Assembly (NCBI GenBank): GCA_022561355.1
Contig: JADFRJ010000001.1
Span: forward strand, 1-57,081
DNA: 57,081 bases
Direction: 5' to 3'
DNA from: Chloroflexota bacterium
Lineage (GTDB): Bacteria > Chloroflexota > Dehalococcoidia > DSTF01 > RBG-16-68-14
The notes under the pieces are model-generated. The model was not told where the DNA came from, made no database searches, and was given only the letters and a program-made list of their open reading frames with translations. The first letter of the stretch is position 1. Each line of letters starts with the position of its first letter. Shown piece by piece: positions 25,910 to 35,150 of the stretch. The position numbers and the translations under genes are program-made.

Positions 25910-28696
25910 TCACGTCGCTTTCTCCACATCGACGTTGACGGCTCGGTCTGCGGGAATCGGCTGCCAGGCGAGCGGCCGGTATTGAAGGTGGCCGTAGCCG
26001 CCAGCCATCCCCAACCACTTGACGATGCCGGGCTCGATATCGGCCTGGCTGTTCCAGCCGCGGTGCATGTATGGCTCGAAGCCGTTGTAGATGATCACCT
26101 GTCCCGGCCGGACGGACGGCGAGATCTTGACGGAGATGAGCATGGAGCCGGCGTCATTGAAGACGCGCACCTCCACGCCGTTCTCCAGCCCCTTGGCGGC
26201 GGCATCCTTGTTGTTCATGAACATGAACGGCTCGCCGCGGTGTGTGTTCAGGATGATGTTGTTCGTCATGTTCATGGAGTGGATGCTCCAGCGGTTGTGT
26301 CCGCTCGTGAGTATGAACTCGCCGTTGCCGCCCTGCGGTGGTGTCTCCTTGTGGACCGGCAACTCCTCGCCGGCCTCTAGGAACCACTCATGGTCGATGT
26401 AATACTGGGCGCGCCGCGTGAGAGTGGGGTAGGGGATCTTGTCCTCCGTGTGCCAGCGGAATGGGTTGTGCACCTCGTCGGGCTTGATCGTGGACGCCTG
26501 GGCCAGGCCGTGTCCCATCACACCCCACGCCGTCCAGCGCACGGCCCCCTTCTGGCGGAGCGTCTCCAGGGTCGTACCTTTCGGAAGCACACCGAAGACG
26601 GCGTTGTCTTGGATATTGTCGTCAAAGGCCGCCTCGTCGTCCTCGAGTTCACCGTCCAGCGTGGCTCTGTCCCACAGTCCTTCGAGGCTCACGGTCTGGC
26701 CGTCGCGGCCGGTGATCTCCGTCATCCCGCGTGCCTTCGCCCGCTCCTCCAACTTCTTGAGCATCGCCAGGCCGATCTGGCGGTCCGACTTGGAATTGCC
26801 CAGCGGCGGGGTAGCGGGTTCAATCAGCACGGTGTTCATGTGGTGGATCGATGGCATGCTGGTGCCGAACTTCTCGTAGTGCTGCGCCGCCGGCAGGATA
26901 TAGTCCGAATAAATTCCCGTGGTCGTGATCCGGTAATCGATGGAGACGATCATCTTGAGCTTCGGCCATAGGTGCTTGAGCAGCATCTCCTGGCCGCCCC
27001 GCTGCCTGCGCAGGATGTTGCCGCCCGCCTCGATGAGGACGCGAGGTTCTGTGTCCTCCCAGATGTTGCCTGCGCCCGAGTCCCACCAGCCCTTCTCCAG
27101 CGCCTCCTCCATGTATTCGCTGAACTCGCGCTTCATCGTGGGATCCTGCCAGTCCTTGTTGTCCCAGCGCTCCTTGTAGCCGAACTGCTTGTACCAGAGG
27201 AACGCCGGGGGACCCATTCTGCCGAGTCCGCCGAGCCGCCCACCGGCAGGCGATGAGGCGGCGCGGTTGACCGCGATCTCGTGGGTCATGGTGGGGTCGT
27301 CAGCCGAGAGGAGCCGGAACATCGATAGGAGTTGGCGGCGGCTCTCCCACGCTGCCCGCGGGCCGGGCCGCTCCTTTGCCGCGGCGCCGCCTCCGGCAGA
27401 CCCGGAGATGCCCCAAGAGCGGGTGCCGGTGCCTTTCTTGCCCCAGTTGCCGCTAAGGCCGAGGAGGAGCGCCATGGAACGCTCCATCAGGTCGCCGTGA
27501 TAGTACTTGCCGGAGTTCCAGCCGATGAAGATCTTCGTCTTGCGCGTCGCGATCTTGTGCGCCAGCTTACGGATTGTGGCGGGGTGTATTTCGCAGATCT
27601 TGGCCGCCTTTTCGGGCGTATAGTCTTCCAGGCGTCGCTTCAGGAACTCAAACGCCGGTTCGACTTCTACCTCCGACCCGTCCGATAGGAGCGCCATTTG
27701 AGAGCCCTCCAGCGTTGGGTCGACGTCGCCCATGGCGAGTGTGCCACGCGGCGCGGGCACGATCTGGTCCGACTTGCTGTCGAGCCAGAAGAACTGATCG
27801 TCGCGCCAGCCTTCCGCGAGATCGTCGCCACGCAGGAAGCGGCCCGTGTCCTTTCGCACCAGGAGCGAAAGGTCGGTCTGCTCTTTCACGAACTGCTTGT
27901 TGTAGATTCCGACGTCGATCATGACCTTGCACATCGACAGCGCGAGCGCGGCGTCGGTGCCGATGCGGACGGGGAGGTGATAGTCGGCGTGGATTGCGGA
28001 AGCGCTGTAGTCGGGCGCGATGGTGACGATTTCGCCGCCGTTGTACCGGGATTCGGCGAGGTAGTGGTACCACTGGATGTTGGTATAGACGGGGTTGGCA
28101 TGCCAGATCAGCGTCAGCTCGGCCAAGAACCAGTCGTCCATAGATGAGATCGGGTTGAACTTGCCCCATGTGATGTGGTAGCCGGGGCTGAAGTCCTGGA
28201 ACTCGGCGTTCCCGTCTGTCGTGAAGGCGCCAATGGCGCCGGCGGCGGCTCGGGCCGGGGCAGCGCCCAGCTCCGGCGTGAAAGGGACGATGATCGACTC
28301 CGCTCCCTGGTCTTCGACGGCGTCCAGCATCGCGTCACAGATGTCTGCCAGCGCTTCGTCCCACGAGACCTCTTCCCACTTGCCTTCGCCGCGTTCGCCC
28401 GCCCGCTTGAGTGGCGTGGTGACCCGGTCCTGGCTGTAGTGGAGGGTGCACCAGGACGCGCCCTTCTGACAGCCCATGGGGTTCATGTCGGGTGTGCTCT
28501 TGTCGATCAGCGGCAGAACGCCGGCTTGCTCTTCGCGAACGATCTTGCCGTCCCTCGTATAGACGCGGAACGGGCAGCCGCCAGGATAGCAGTCTACGGC
28601 GTGGCTACCCCAGGTGACCTTGTCCCATTTCCACCGATCGCGATAGGCATCCGCCCATGCTCCTGAGGTTCCACTGGCTTCCGTTTGCTGCACCAT
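25910..28696 (-). CDS. type II DMSO-reductase-family alpha subunit A4 (no signal peptide)
   Basis: 928 aa. Motifs: GSHAVDCYPGGCPFRVYTRDGKIVREEQ, NPMGCQKG, QDFSPGYHITWGKF and KWLGMAGGYGHLQYR. GGAGGG RBS. The maximal ORF has no RR motif. Confidence 0.9.
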   Translation of the reverse strand: MVQQTEASGTSGAWADAYRDRWKWDKVTWGSHAVDCYPGGCPFRVYTRDGKIVREEQAGVLPLIDKSTPDMNPMGCQKGASWCTLHYSQDRVTTPLKRAGERGEGKWEEVSWDEALADICDAMLDAVEDQGAESIIVPFTPELGAAPARAAAGAIGAFTTDGNAEFQDFSPGYHITWGKFNPISSMDDWFLAELTLIWHANPVYTNIQWYHYLAESRYNGGEIVTIAPDYSASAIHADYHLPVRIGTDAALALSMCKVMIDVGIYNKQFVKEQTDLSLLVRKDTGRFLRGDDLAEGWRDDQFFWLDSKSDQIVPAPRGTLAMGDVDPTLEGSQMALLSDGSEVEVEPAFEFLKRRLEDYTPEKAAKICEIHPATIRKLAHKIATRKTKIFIGWNSGKYYHGDLMERSMALLLGLSGNWGKKGTGTRSWGISGSAGGGAAAKERPGPRAAWESRRQLLSMFRLLSADDPTMTHEIAVNRAASSPAGGRLGGLGRMGPPAFLWYKQFGYKERWDNKDWQDPTMKREFSEYMEEALEKGWWDSGAGNIWEDTEPRVLIEAGGNILRRQRGGQEMLLKHLWPKLKMIVSIDYRITTTGIYSDYILPAAQHYEKFGTSMPSIHHMNTVLIEPATPPLGNSKSDRQIGLAMLKKLEERAKARGMTEITGRDGQTVSLEGLWDRATLDGELEDDEAAFDDNIQDNAVFGVLPKGTTLETLRQKGAVRWTAWGVMGHGLAQASTIKPDEVHNPFRWHTEDKIPYPTLTRRAQYYIDHEWFLEAGEELPVHKETPPQGGNGEFILTSGHNRWSIHSMNMTNNIILNTHRGEPFMFMNNKDAAAKGLENGVEVRVFNDAGSMLISVKISPSVRPGQVIIYNGFEPYMHRGWNSQADIEPGIVKWLGMAGGYGHLQYRPLAWQPIPADRAVNVDVEKAT

Positions 28697-28712
28697 CTAG
28701 ATACCCTCCAGT

Positions 28713-28759
28713 CGCTTAATCTAGCAGACGCTAAAATAGTCACATAGGGCCGAATGGCC
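28713..28759 (-). promoter_or_regulatory. candidate operator/promoter composite upstream of A4 (Box1 at 28747-28759, Box2 at 28713-28740)
   Basis: The reverse complement reads GGCCATTCGGCCCTATGTGACTATTTTAGCGTCTGCTAGATTAAGC. This aligns closely with 35166-35209 upstream of A5. Confidence 0.45.
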
Positions 28760-28791
28760 TGTTGGCCGAGTCCACATGGCGCTGGGAATGG

Positions 28792-29997
28792 TTAGTGAAC
28801 GAGAGGTCGATAGACGCAGGAAGGGTCCTCCGCGAGCGGGTCCTTGCTGATGGCGTACGCTCGCGCCCGGCTGCCCCCGCAGACGTCTCGGAATTCGCAA
28901 CGGCCGCACTTGCCCTTCAGCGCGCCCCGGTCGCGTAGGCGGCGGAAGAGAGGGGCGTTACGGTAGATGTCCACGAGCGATTGGTCTCGCACGTTGCCGG
29001 CGGATACGGGTAGGAAGCCGGACGGACAGACGTCGCCCGTATGCGAGATGAAGCAGAAGCCGTTTCCGTCGTTGACGCCCTTGGCCGGACGCCCCAGGCC
29101 GTCCGCGTAGCGATAGCCCGCGCCCGCGAGTGGGGGTGCCGGCACCTTCCTCGCCGAAGGTTCTTGCTCGGCGCGCTGGCGCTGGATCACGACGCGGCGG
29201 TAGGCAGGGGCCGCCGTGCTCTTGATGTCGAACGATGCGCTCTTGCCTACATCGTACAGCCAGTTGAACACCTGCTCGTGTTCTTCCGGCGAGATCATGT
29301 CCGCGGCGTTGGCCCGCCCGGTCGGGACGAGGAAGAAGAGGCTCCATTGGACGACGTTTGAGTGTCCGACCAGTTCCGCCATCTGGTCCAGCAGTTGGAC
29401 GTTGTAGCGGCTCACTGTTGTATTGATCTGGAGGGAGAGGCCGGCCTTCGCGACGTTCCCAATGATTCCCATCGCGATGTCGAACGAGCCGGAGAATCCG
29501 CGAAAGGCGTCGTGGACCTCAGCCGTTGGCCCGTCGAGGCTGACGGCCACGCGCCGCACGCCTACCTCCTTGACGCGTGCGAGCGCCTTACGTGTGACGA
29601 GGCGCGTTGTTGTGGGCGTGAGCGATGTGCGCAGCCCCCGCTGGACTGCATAGCCGAGGATGTCGTACAGGTCGGGGCGCATCATCGGATCGCCGCCCGT
29701 GATGACAAGGATCGGGTCGCCGAACTCGCGGATCTGGTCGACGAGGCGGAACGCTTCTTCGGTACTCAGCTCGTTGGCGTCTCGTTGCGGCTGAGCTTCA
29801 GCCCGGCAATGCTTGCAGGCGAAGGCGCACGCGCGAGTGAGTTCCCACGCGATCGTGAAGGGGGCGAGGTCAAAGTTCGCGTCTATCAGGCGGCCGTCGT
29901 GCGCCCGCCGTTCCGTCACGGCTCGCCTCGCAGCTTCAGGCATCGATGCGCTAGTCACGGGTTCGCCGTTCCATTCTGTTGAACGGGGACTAGCCAC
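28792..29997 (-). CDS. radical SAM/SPASM-domain protein (NirJ/AhbC/AhbD-like)
   Basis: CAFACKHC (CX3CX2C). C-terminal Cys-rich SPASM-like region GKCGRCEFRDVCGGSRARAY. The start is uncertain: a GTG at 29997 overlaps the upstream gene by 43 nt, and an ATG at 29943 is the alternative. Confidence 0.72.
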   Translation of the reverse strand: MASPRSTEWNGEPVTSASMPEAARRAVTERRAHDGRLIDANFDLAPFTIAWELTRACAFACKHCRAEAQPQRDANELSTEEAFRLVDQIREFGDPILVITGGDPMMRPDLYDILGYAVQRGLRTSLTPTTTRLVTRKALARVKEVGVRRVAVSLDGPTAEVHDAFRGFSGSFDIAMGIIGNVAKAGLSLQINTTVSRYNVQLLDQMAELVGHSNVVQWSLFFLVPTGRANAADMISPEEHEQVFNWLYDVGKSASFDIKSTAAPAYRRVVIQRQRAEQEPSARKVPAPPLAGAGYRYADGLGRPAKGVNDGNGFCFISHTGDVCPSGFLPVSAGNVRDQSLVDIYRNAPLFRRLRDRGALKGKCGRCEFRDVCGGSRARAYAISKDPLAEDPSCVYRPLVH

Positions 29998-31211
29998 TGC
30001 GCCGCCTCTGGCGTCTTAGCTGCGTCCGGCGCCAGACCGATCTCCTCATCCGTGAGATAGCAGGCGGGGTCGGGGGCCATGAAGTCGCCGAAGTAGCGCT
30101 CCGCCCGGATTCTCAGGTTGCCGTTGCAGATATCGAGATAGCGGCACGAGTGGCAGCGCCCCTTCAGCGCGGCCTTCCGGTCCTTGAGCAATGCCATCCT
30201 GGGGTCGCTCGTGTCGGTCCAGATGTGGCTGAACGGGCGCTCTAAGACGTTGCCGAGCGAGTAGTTCCACGAGAACTGGTCCGGGTGGACGTTGCCCTGC
30301 GGATCAATAGAGGCGATGGCGATGCCTGATTGATTGCCGCCGTTCCAGGAGAGCAACTGGTGGACCTCCTCTGCGCGGTCCGGGTCTTCTTCGCGCAGCG
30401 TCATGTAGAGGTAGACGCCGTCAGCGTGGTTGTCGACGGTCAGGATCTCCTTCTCCAAGCCGCGTGCGTGGAAGTCGCGTGCGCGCTTGAAGATGTGGTC
30501 GAGCGCCGCGCGAGTCTCTTGCGGCTCCAGGTCGTAGGCCCGCATCTTGTCACCGCGGCCCGCGTACGCGAGGTGGTAGACGCAGCACCTGGGGATGTCC
30601 TCCTCCTCGAGCAGGTCGAAGATGGCGGAAAGCTGATCGACGTTCTTGCGATGGATGGTGTAGCGGAGGCCTACGCGCGTGCCGGCGTCGCGGCAGTTTC
30701 GAAGTCCGGCCAGCGCCTCATCGTAAGCGCCCTTCCGGCCCCGTACGTTGTCGTGCGCCTCGCCGATCCCATCGAGGCTGATTCCTACGTATGAGAACGC
30801 CGCGTCCTTGATGCGGCGGGCGACATCTTGCGTGATGAAGGTGCCGTTGGTGGAGAGAACGCACCTAAGGCCGGCTTCGCGCGCGTACTCCGCCAGTTCA
30901 AAGAGATCGGGCCGCATAAGCGGTTCGCCGCCGGAGAAGATGACCGTTGGCGCGCCGAACGATGCCAGGTCGTCCAGAAGACGTCGGCCTTCGTCCGTTG
31001 TCAACTCACCGGGGTAGTCGCGGTCGTGCGAATCGGAGTAGCAGTGCATGCAAGAGAGGTTGCACCGGCGCGTGATGTTCCAGACGATGACGGGCTTCTT
31101 GTCGCCGGAATAGTGAAGTAGATGAGCCGGCCCGCGGCCGGACTGCCGCCCGTAACGGAGCGCGTCTTCCGGCCGTACGGTCCCGTTTATCAGCCTGCTA
31201 ACACCGAGCAT
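29955..31211 (-). CDS. radical SAM/SPASM-domain protein (NirJ/AhbC/AhbD-like)
   Basis: VIVWNITRRCNLSCMHCYSDS (CX3CX2C). C-terminal GRCHSCRYLDICNGNLRIRAE. 418 aa. AGGTGAGAG RBS. Confidence 0.78.
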   Translation of the reverse strand: MLGVSRLINGTVRPEDALRYGRQSGRGPAHLLHYSGDKKPVIVWNITRRCNLSCMHCYSDSHDRDYPGELTTDEGRRLLDDLASFGAPTVIFSGGEPLMRPDLFELAEYAREAGLRCVLSTNGTFITQDVARRIKDAAFSYVGISLDGIGEAHDNVRGRKGAYDEALAGLRNCRDAGTRVGLRYTIHRKNVDQLSAIFDLLEEEDIPRCCVYHLAYAGRGDKMRAYDLEPQETRAALDHIFKRARDFHARGLEKEILTVDNHADGVYLYMTLREEDPDRAEEVHQLLSWNGGNQSGIAIASIDPQGNVHPDQFSWNYSLGNVLERPFSHIWTDTSDPRMALLKDRKAALKGRCHSCRYLDICNGNLRIRAERYFGDFMAPDPACYLTDEEIGLAPDAAKTPEAAQWLVPVQQNGTANP

Positions 31212-31230
31212 CTCTCACCTGTGTCCTGTT

Positions 31231-31542
31231 CTACCTGACGGCCACACGCACCACACCACCCTCCACTTCCACGTCGTAGGCGGCCACAGAGTCGTCCGCC
31301 GGCGGCCCTGCCACCTCGCCTGACGTAACGTCAAACATCGCGCCATGCCAAGGACAGGTGATGATCTTGCGATCTAACGCCCCTTCCGCCAGCGGGCCGC
31401 CGGCATGCGAGCATCTGGCGGCGACCGCGTAGATCGCGCCATCAACGTTAGCAAGACATATTTGAGTGCCGTCCACTTCCACTCGCCGCAACTGTCCCGG
31501 CTGTAGCTCGGCCACGTTTACGGCAGTTCTAAACTCGACCAT
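31231..31542 (-). CDS. Rieske [2Fe-2S] ferredoxin
   Basis: CSHAGGPL (C-x-H) and CPWHGAMF (C-x-x-H). 103 aa. GGAGGG RBS. Confidence 0.85.
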   Translation of the reverse strand: MVEFRTAVNVAELQPGQLRRVEVDGTQICLANVDGAIYAVAARCSHAGGPLAEGALDRKIITCPWHGAMFDVTSGEVAGPPADDSVAAYDVEVEGGVVRVAVR

Positions 31543-31596
31543 GATCGCCCTCCTGTCATTGCTTAGCCACGTGAGCGGCAGCCGCCTCGCGGCGGC

Positions 31597-32814
31597 TCAC
31601 GCGGCGAACGTTATGGGGAGGCTCTTCAGACCACGCAGGATGAACGACGGGGCCCACTCCAACGCTCCATTGGCCAGCCGTGGGTCCGGGATGCGTCTGG
31701 CCAGCGTGCTAAACGCGATGTGAGCTTCGAGCCGGGCTAGGGGCTGGCCAAGGCAGGAGTGGATGCCTGACCCGAACGCCACGTGGTGGTTGTTTTGGCG
31801 GCTGATGTCCAGCTCTTCCGGATCACGGAAGTGAGCCGGGTCGCGATTGGCCGCTGCCACCATCGGGAAGACCACTTGGCCCTTCTTGATCGCCTTGTCC
31901 CCAATCGCCAAGTCTTCAGTCGCCACTCGAGCCGTGCACTGGACAGGCCCCGCGTAGCGGAGGAGCTCCTCAACCGCTGACACGACGAGCGACGGGTCGT
32001 CCCAGAGCTTCTCGAGCTGCTCTGGATTCCGCATCAGCGCCAGCATTCCGTTGCCGATGAGATTTCTCGTCGTCTCGTTCCCGGCGATCAGCGCGACGAC
32101 GCACGTGGCCAGAAGCTGGCCTTCGCTGAGGTCATCACCCTGGTCAGCCGCGGCGACGAGGACGCTGACGAGGTCTTCCTTCGGCTCACGGCGCCGGGCC
32201 GCGATGACCTCGCGGAAGTAGTCGGAAATCTCGCCTCCGCTCTGCGCCGCGCGCTCGGCCAGCTCGGGCCGGCCGTATCCGCCGCCCAGCGTCGCGACGA
32301 TGTCGTCCGACCATCGCTTGAACTTGGCGCGGTCTTCCGCCGGGACGCCCATCAGCTCGGCGATGACGATCGTAGGCAAGGGGTACGCGTAATCGAGAAG
32401 GATGTCCATGCGGCCCGGTTCGTCGCAGGCGTCTAACAGCTCATTGGCGATGTCATTGATGTGTGGCCGAAGTTTCTCTACAGCATTGGGCAGGAACGCT
32501 CTGCTAATCAGGAGCCGCAGACGGGTGTGCTCGGGCGGGTCCGAACTGAGCATCGTGTTGGCGCGAGCGGCTGGCTGGCCGTGCTCCTCTGCCGTAGCCA
32601 TCGCTTCCCGCGCGAGGCGGTTCCGCGCCCTCGCCCTGTCAGCCGAGAAGCGCTTGTCGCGCAAGACCGCCACGACGTCGTCGTAGCGCGTGAGCACCCA
32701 CGCGTCGAGGGCCTTGCTCCAATGGACGGGGTCCTCTTCTCTCAGCCGTCTGTAGAGCGGGAACGGATCAGACCGAGCCTCTAGTAATGCAGGATCGTAC
32801 TGTAGAGTAACCAT
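31597..32814 (-). CDS. cytochrome P450
   Basis: Heme-thiolate loop FGSGIHSCLGQPLA. ExxR in EELLRY. I-helix ALIAGNETT. 405 aa. Confidence 0.9.
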   Translation of the reverse strand: MVTLQYDPALLEARSDPFPLYRRLREEDPVHWSKALDAWVLTRYDDVVAVLRDKRFSADRARARNRLAREAMATAEEHGQPAARANTMLSSDPPEHTRLRLLISRAFLPNAVEKLRPHINDIANELLDACDEPGRMDILLDYAYPLPTIVIAELMGVPAEDRAKFKRWSDDIVATLGGGYGRPELAERAAQSGGEISDYFREVIAARRREPKEDLVSVLVAAADQGDDLSEGQLLATCVVALIAGNETTRNLIGNGMLALMRNPEQLEKLWDDPSLVVSAVEELLRYAGPVQCTARVATEDLAIGDKAIKKGQVVFPMVAAANRDPAHFRDPEELDISRQNNHHVAFGSGIHSCLGQPLARLEAHIAFSTLARRIPDPRLANGALEWAPSFILRGLKSLPITFAA

Positions 32815-32849
32815 GCTCAGCCTCCATCCTTACTTCTGTTATGCGGTCC

Positions 32850-32868
32850 CGTGATCAACCCGATCACG
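32850..32868. promoter_or_regulatory. inverted repeat CGTGATC-N5-GATCACG upstream of the P450 gene
   Basis: A 7-bp perfect arm pair read directly from the sequence. It lies in the 106-nt LLM-P450 spacer, about 36 nt upstream of the P450 ATG, and no U-tract follows it. Confidence 0.3.
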
Positions 32869-32920
32869 CCGGGCACTCGATTCCTTGCGACAGCAAGCCC
32901 GGCCTCGGCGAGGCACTCTC

Positions 32921-34009
32921 CTAACCTGCCGTCTTCGCCGTGGCCTGTTCACCCAGGTGGCGCACCTGGGGCATCACTTTGTCCCGCATGAGTTCCATGC
33001 TGCGGAGTACCTTGCTGTGCTCCAGCCCACCGATGCGCGTCCACGCCAGGTAGTGTGTGATACCGCATAGCTCGTGGATTTCGGCGATGCGGTCGGCTAC
33101 GTGGTCCGGTGTGCCGCAGACGACGGCGCCGCTCTCCGCAATCGCGTCCCACTCGAGCGTCTCCAGCCAGTCGCGGGCAGCGGTGTACATCTCGTACGTC
33201 TTGACTGGTGGCTGGCCCTTGGGTGGCGCGATGTATTTGGCGAACGTGCGGTAGTACCAGATGACGGAGTCGCGGAAGTCCGCGAGCGCCTGCTCCTGCG
33301 TGTCCGCGACGTAGGTCATGATCAGCCCGGCGACCTCGTGATCGGCGGGATCGCGTCCGTGGTCGCGCAGCGATTGGCGATACTCTTCGATCTGCGCGGC
33401 GCCCCTGTTGACGTCAAAGCCGAACACGGGTGCGCACATCAGGTTGAACCCATACTGGCCGCAGAGCTTGAACGTTTCCGCTGAGAGCGAAGCCATCCAG
33501 ATCGGCGGATGAGGTTGCTGCAGCGGTTTGGGCCGGACGGAGAGGTCCTGGAACTGGTAGAACTCTCCGTCGTAGCTGAAGCGATCTTGCGTCCAGGCCT
33601 TCTGGATGACCTCTACGGACTCGCGGAACATCTCACGGCTGCGCGTCTGGTCGACACCGTAGCCCGCAAACTCGTGGGGCTGGTACCCACGGCCGACGCC
33701 GAGATCTACCCGGCCTCCGGAGAGGATATCGAGGATGGCGTAATCCTCCGCGATGCGAATTGGATGGTTGAGCGGCAACACGACGACGCCGGTACCGAGG
33801 CGGATCTTCTGGGTGCGCGACGCGAGCGCCGCCAGCGTGAGAGCCGGGGAGGCGCAGTAGCCGTACTCGCTGAAGTGGTGCTCAGCCGGCCACAACGAAT
33901 CGAAGCCGAACTCCTCAGCGCGCGACATGATGTCGAACTGCTCTTCGACGATCTCCTTGTCGGAGCGGTCCATGGGGTTTTCAAAGAGGTGCAGTTGTCC
34001 GAACTTCAT
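32921..34009 (-). CDS. LLM-class (luciferase-like) flavin-dependent oxidoreductase
   Basis: MKFGQLHLFENP...GFDSLWPAEHHFSEYGYC...GTGVVVLPLNHPIRIAEDYAILDILSGGRVDLGVGRGY. 362 aa. Confidence 0.85.
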   Translation of the reverse strand: MKFGQLHLFENPMDRSDKEIVEEQFDIMSRAEEFGFDSLWPAEHHFSEYGYCASPALTLAALASRTQKIRLGTGVVVLPLNHPIRIAEDYAILDILSGGRVDLGVGRGYQPHEFAGYGVDQTRSREMFRESVEVIQKAWTQDRFSYDGEFYQFQDLSVRPKPLQQPHPPIWMASLSAETFKLCGQYGFNLMCAPVFGFDVNRGAAQIEEYRQSLRDHGRDPADHEVAGLIMTYVADTQEQALADFRDSVIWYYRTFAKYIAPPKGQPPVKTYEMYTAARDWLETLEWDAIAESGAVVCGTPDHVADRIAEIHELCGITHYLAWTRIGGLEHSKVLRSMELMRDKVMPQVRHLGEQATAKTAG

Positions 34010-34070
34010 GGCAGCCTTCCTTCACACGAGACGCGCTCACGGCGTGCCGCAGGCGAGGCACGTAGTCAAG

Positions 34071-34117
34071 GCTAAGTTAGCATCGGCGCCGTAGGGGCTG
34101 GAAGGGCCGAACGGCCC
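34071..34117 (-). promoter_or_regulatory. candidate operator composite upstream of the LLM gene (Box1 GGGCCGAACGGCCC at 34104-34117, GCTAAGTTAGC palindrome at 34071-34081)
   Basis: Both boxes were read directly. They occur in the same order, relative to the downstream gene, as at A4, A5 and the FAD operon. Confidence 0.35.
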
Positions 34118-34160
34118 TGAATTCAGGGTCTAGCTTGCGGGCTCAGTCAGGTACCGCTGC

Positions 34161-35088
34161 CTAGACCTTGCCGACGAGACTCTTGAGCAACGCCCGCGTA
34201 CGCGTCATCGACGCATCAGGATCGCCATCCGTCGGGAAAAGGGCAGCGATGAAGTCAGTGGTTCCAGCGGCGGCGATCGCCCGTATCTGGCTCTCGACTT
34301 CCGTCTCGGTGCCAATCACGGCGACGTCCTCGGGTCCCTGCGCGCCTTCGATGTCCAACATCCGGCGATAGTTGGGGAGAAAGCCATACATCTGGAATTC
34401 CTGCGCGGCCTGCTTGCGCGCCGCCGTAGCGTCGTCCGTCACCGCGACGGGTAACGCGACGCCGATGCGTGGTGCAGGGCGTCCGGCCGCCTCGGCGGCC
34501 GCGCTGATGCGCGGGACGATGTGCGTCTCGATCGTTTTGGGCCCCGTCATCCACGTCACGGTGCCGTCCGCCAGTTCGCCGGCGATGCGGCGCGAGGCCG
34601 GCGATGAGGATGGGGAACGGCTGCGCGCCGGGGACCTGAAGCGCTCCTTGAACGCGGAATACGTCGCCGCTGAACGCTACGGTTCCTTCCTCCACTAACG
34701 GCCGCAAGACCGATAGGTACTCTCGCATGTGGCGAGCGGGCTTGTCGTATGAGAGCCCCCACATGCCCTCGATGACGGGCTGGTGGGAGAGGCCGATGCC
34801 GAGCGTCAGCCGTCCGCCGGCGGCTGCCTGTACTGTCAGCGCCTGCTGCGCGAGCACGAACGGATGGCGCGGGTATGTCGGCACGACGCCGGTACCCATC
34901 TCGATGCGCTTGGTCCGCGGCCCGGCCAGCGCGATCACGGTCAGCGCGTCGGCGCCGAAGATCTGGGCGATCCAGATGCTGTCGAAGCCGTCTTCTTCGG
35001 CGGCTACCACCCTCTGGACGTGCTCGTCCACGCTCTGGATCCGCGCCTCGATGGTCGCTACACCGCCGTAGTTCAGTCCGATTCGCAT
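34161..35088 (-). pseudogene. LLM-class F420-dependent oxidoreductase disrupted by a frameshift near 34560-34600
   Basis: The N-terminal ORF (from 35088) reads a normal LLM sequence up to PILIAGLAP and then becomes Arg/Gly-rich out-of-frame sequence. The expected continuation IAGELADGTVTWMTGPKTIETH... lies in another frame (ORF 34161-34559). Confidence 0.65.
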
Positions 35089-35150
35089 GCTCTTCCTCCA
35101 ATCGATGCCGGTAAGCTTGGGCGCGCCCGCGATGAGCGAGCCGCCGTCCC

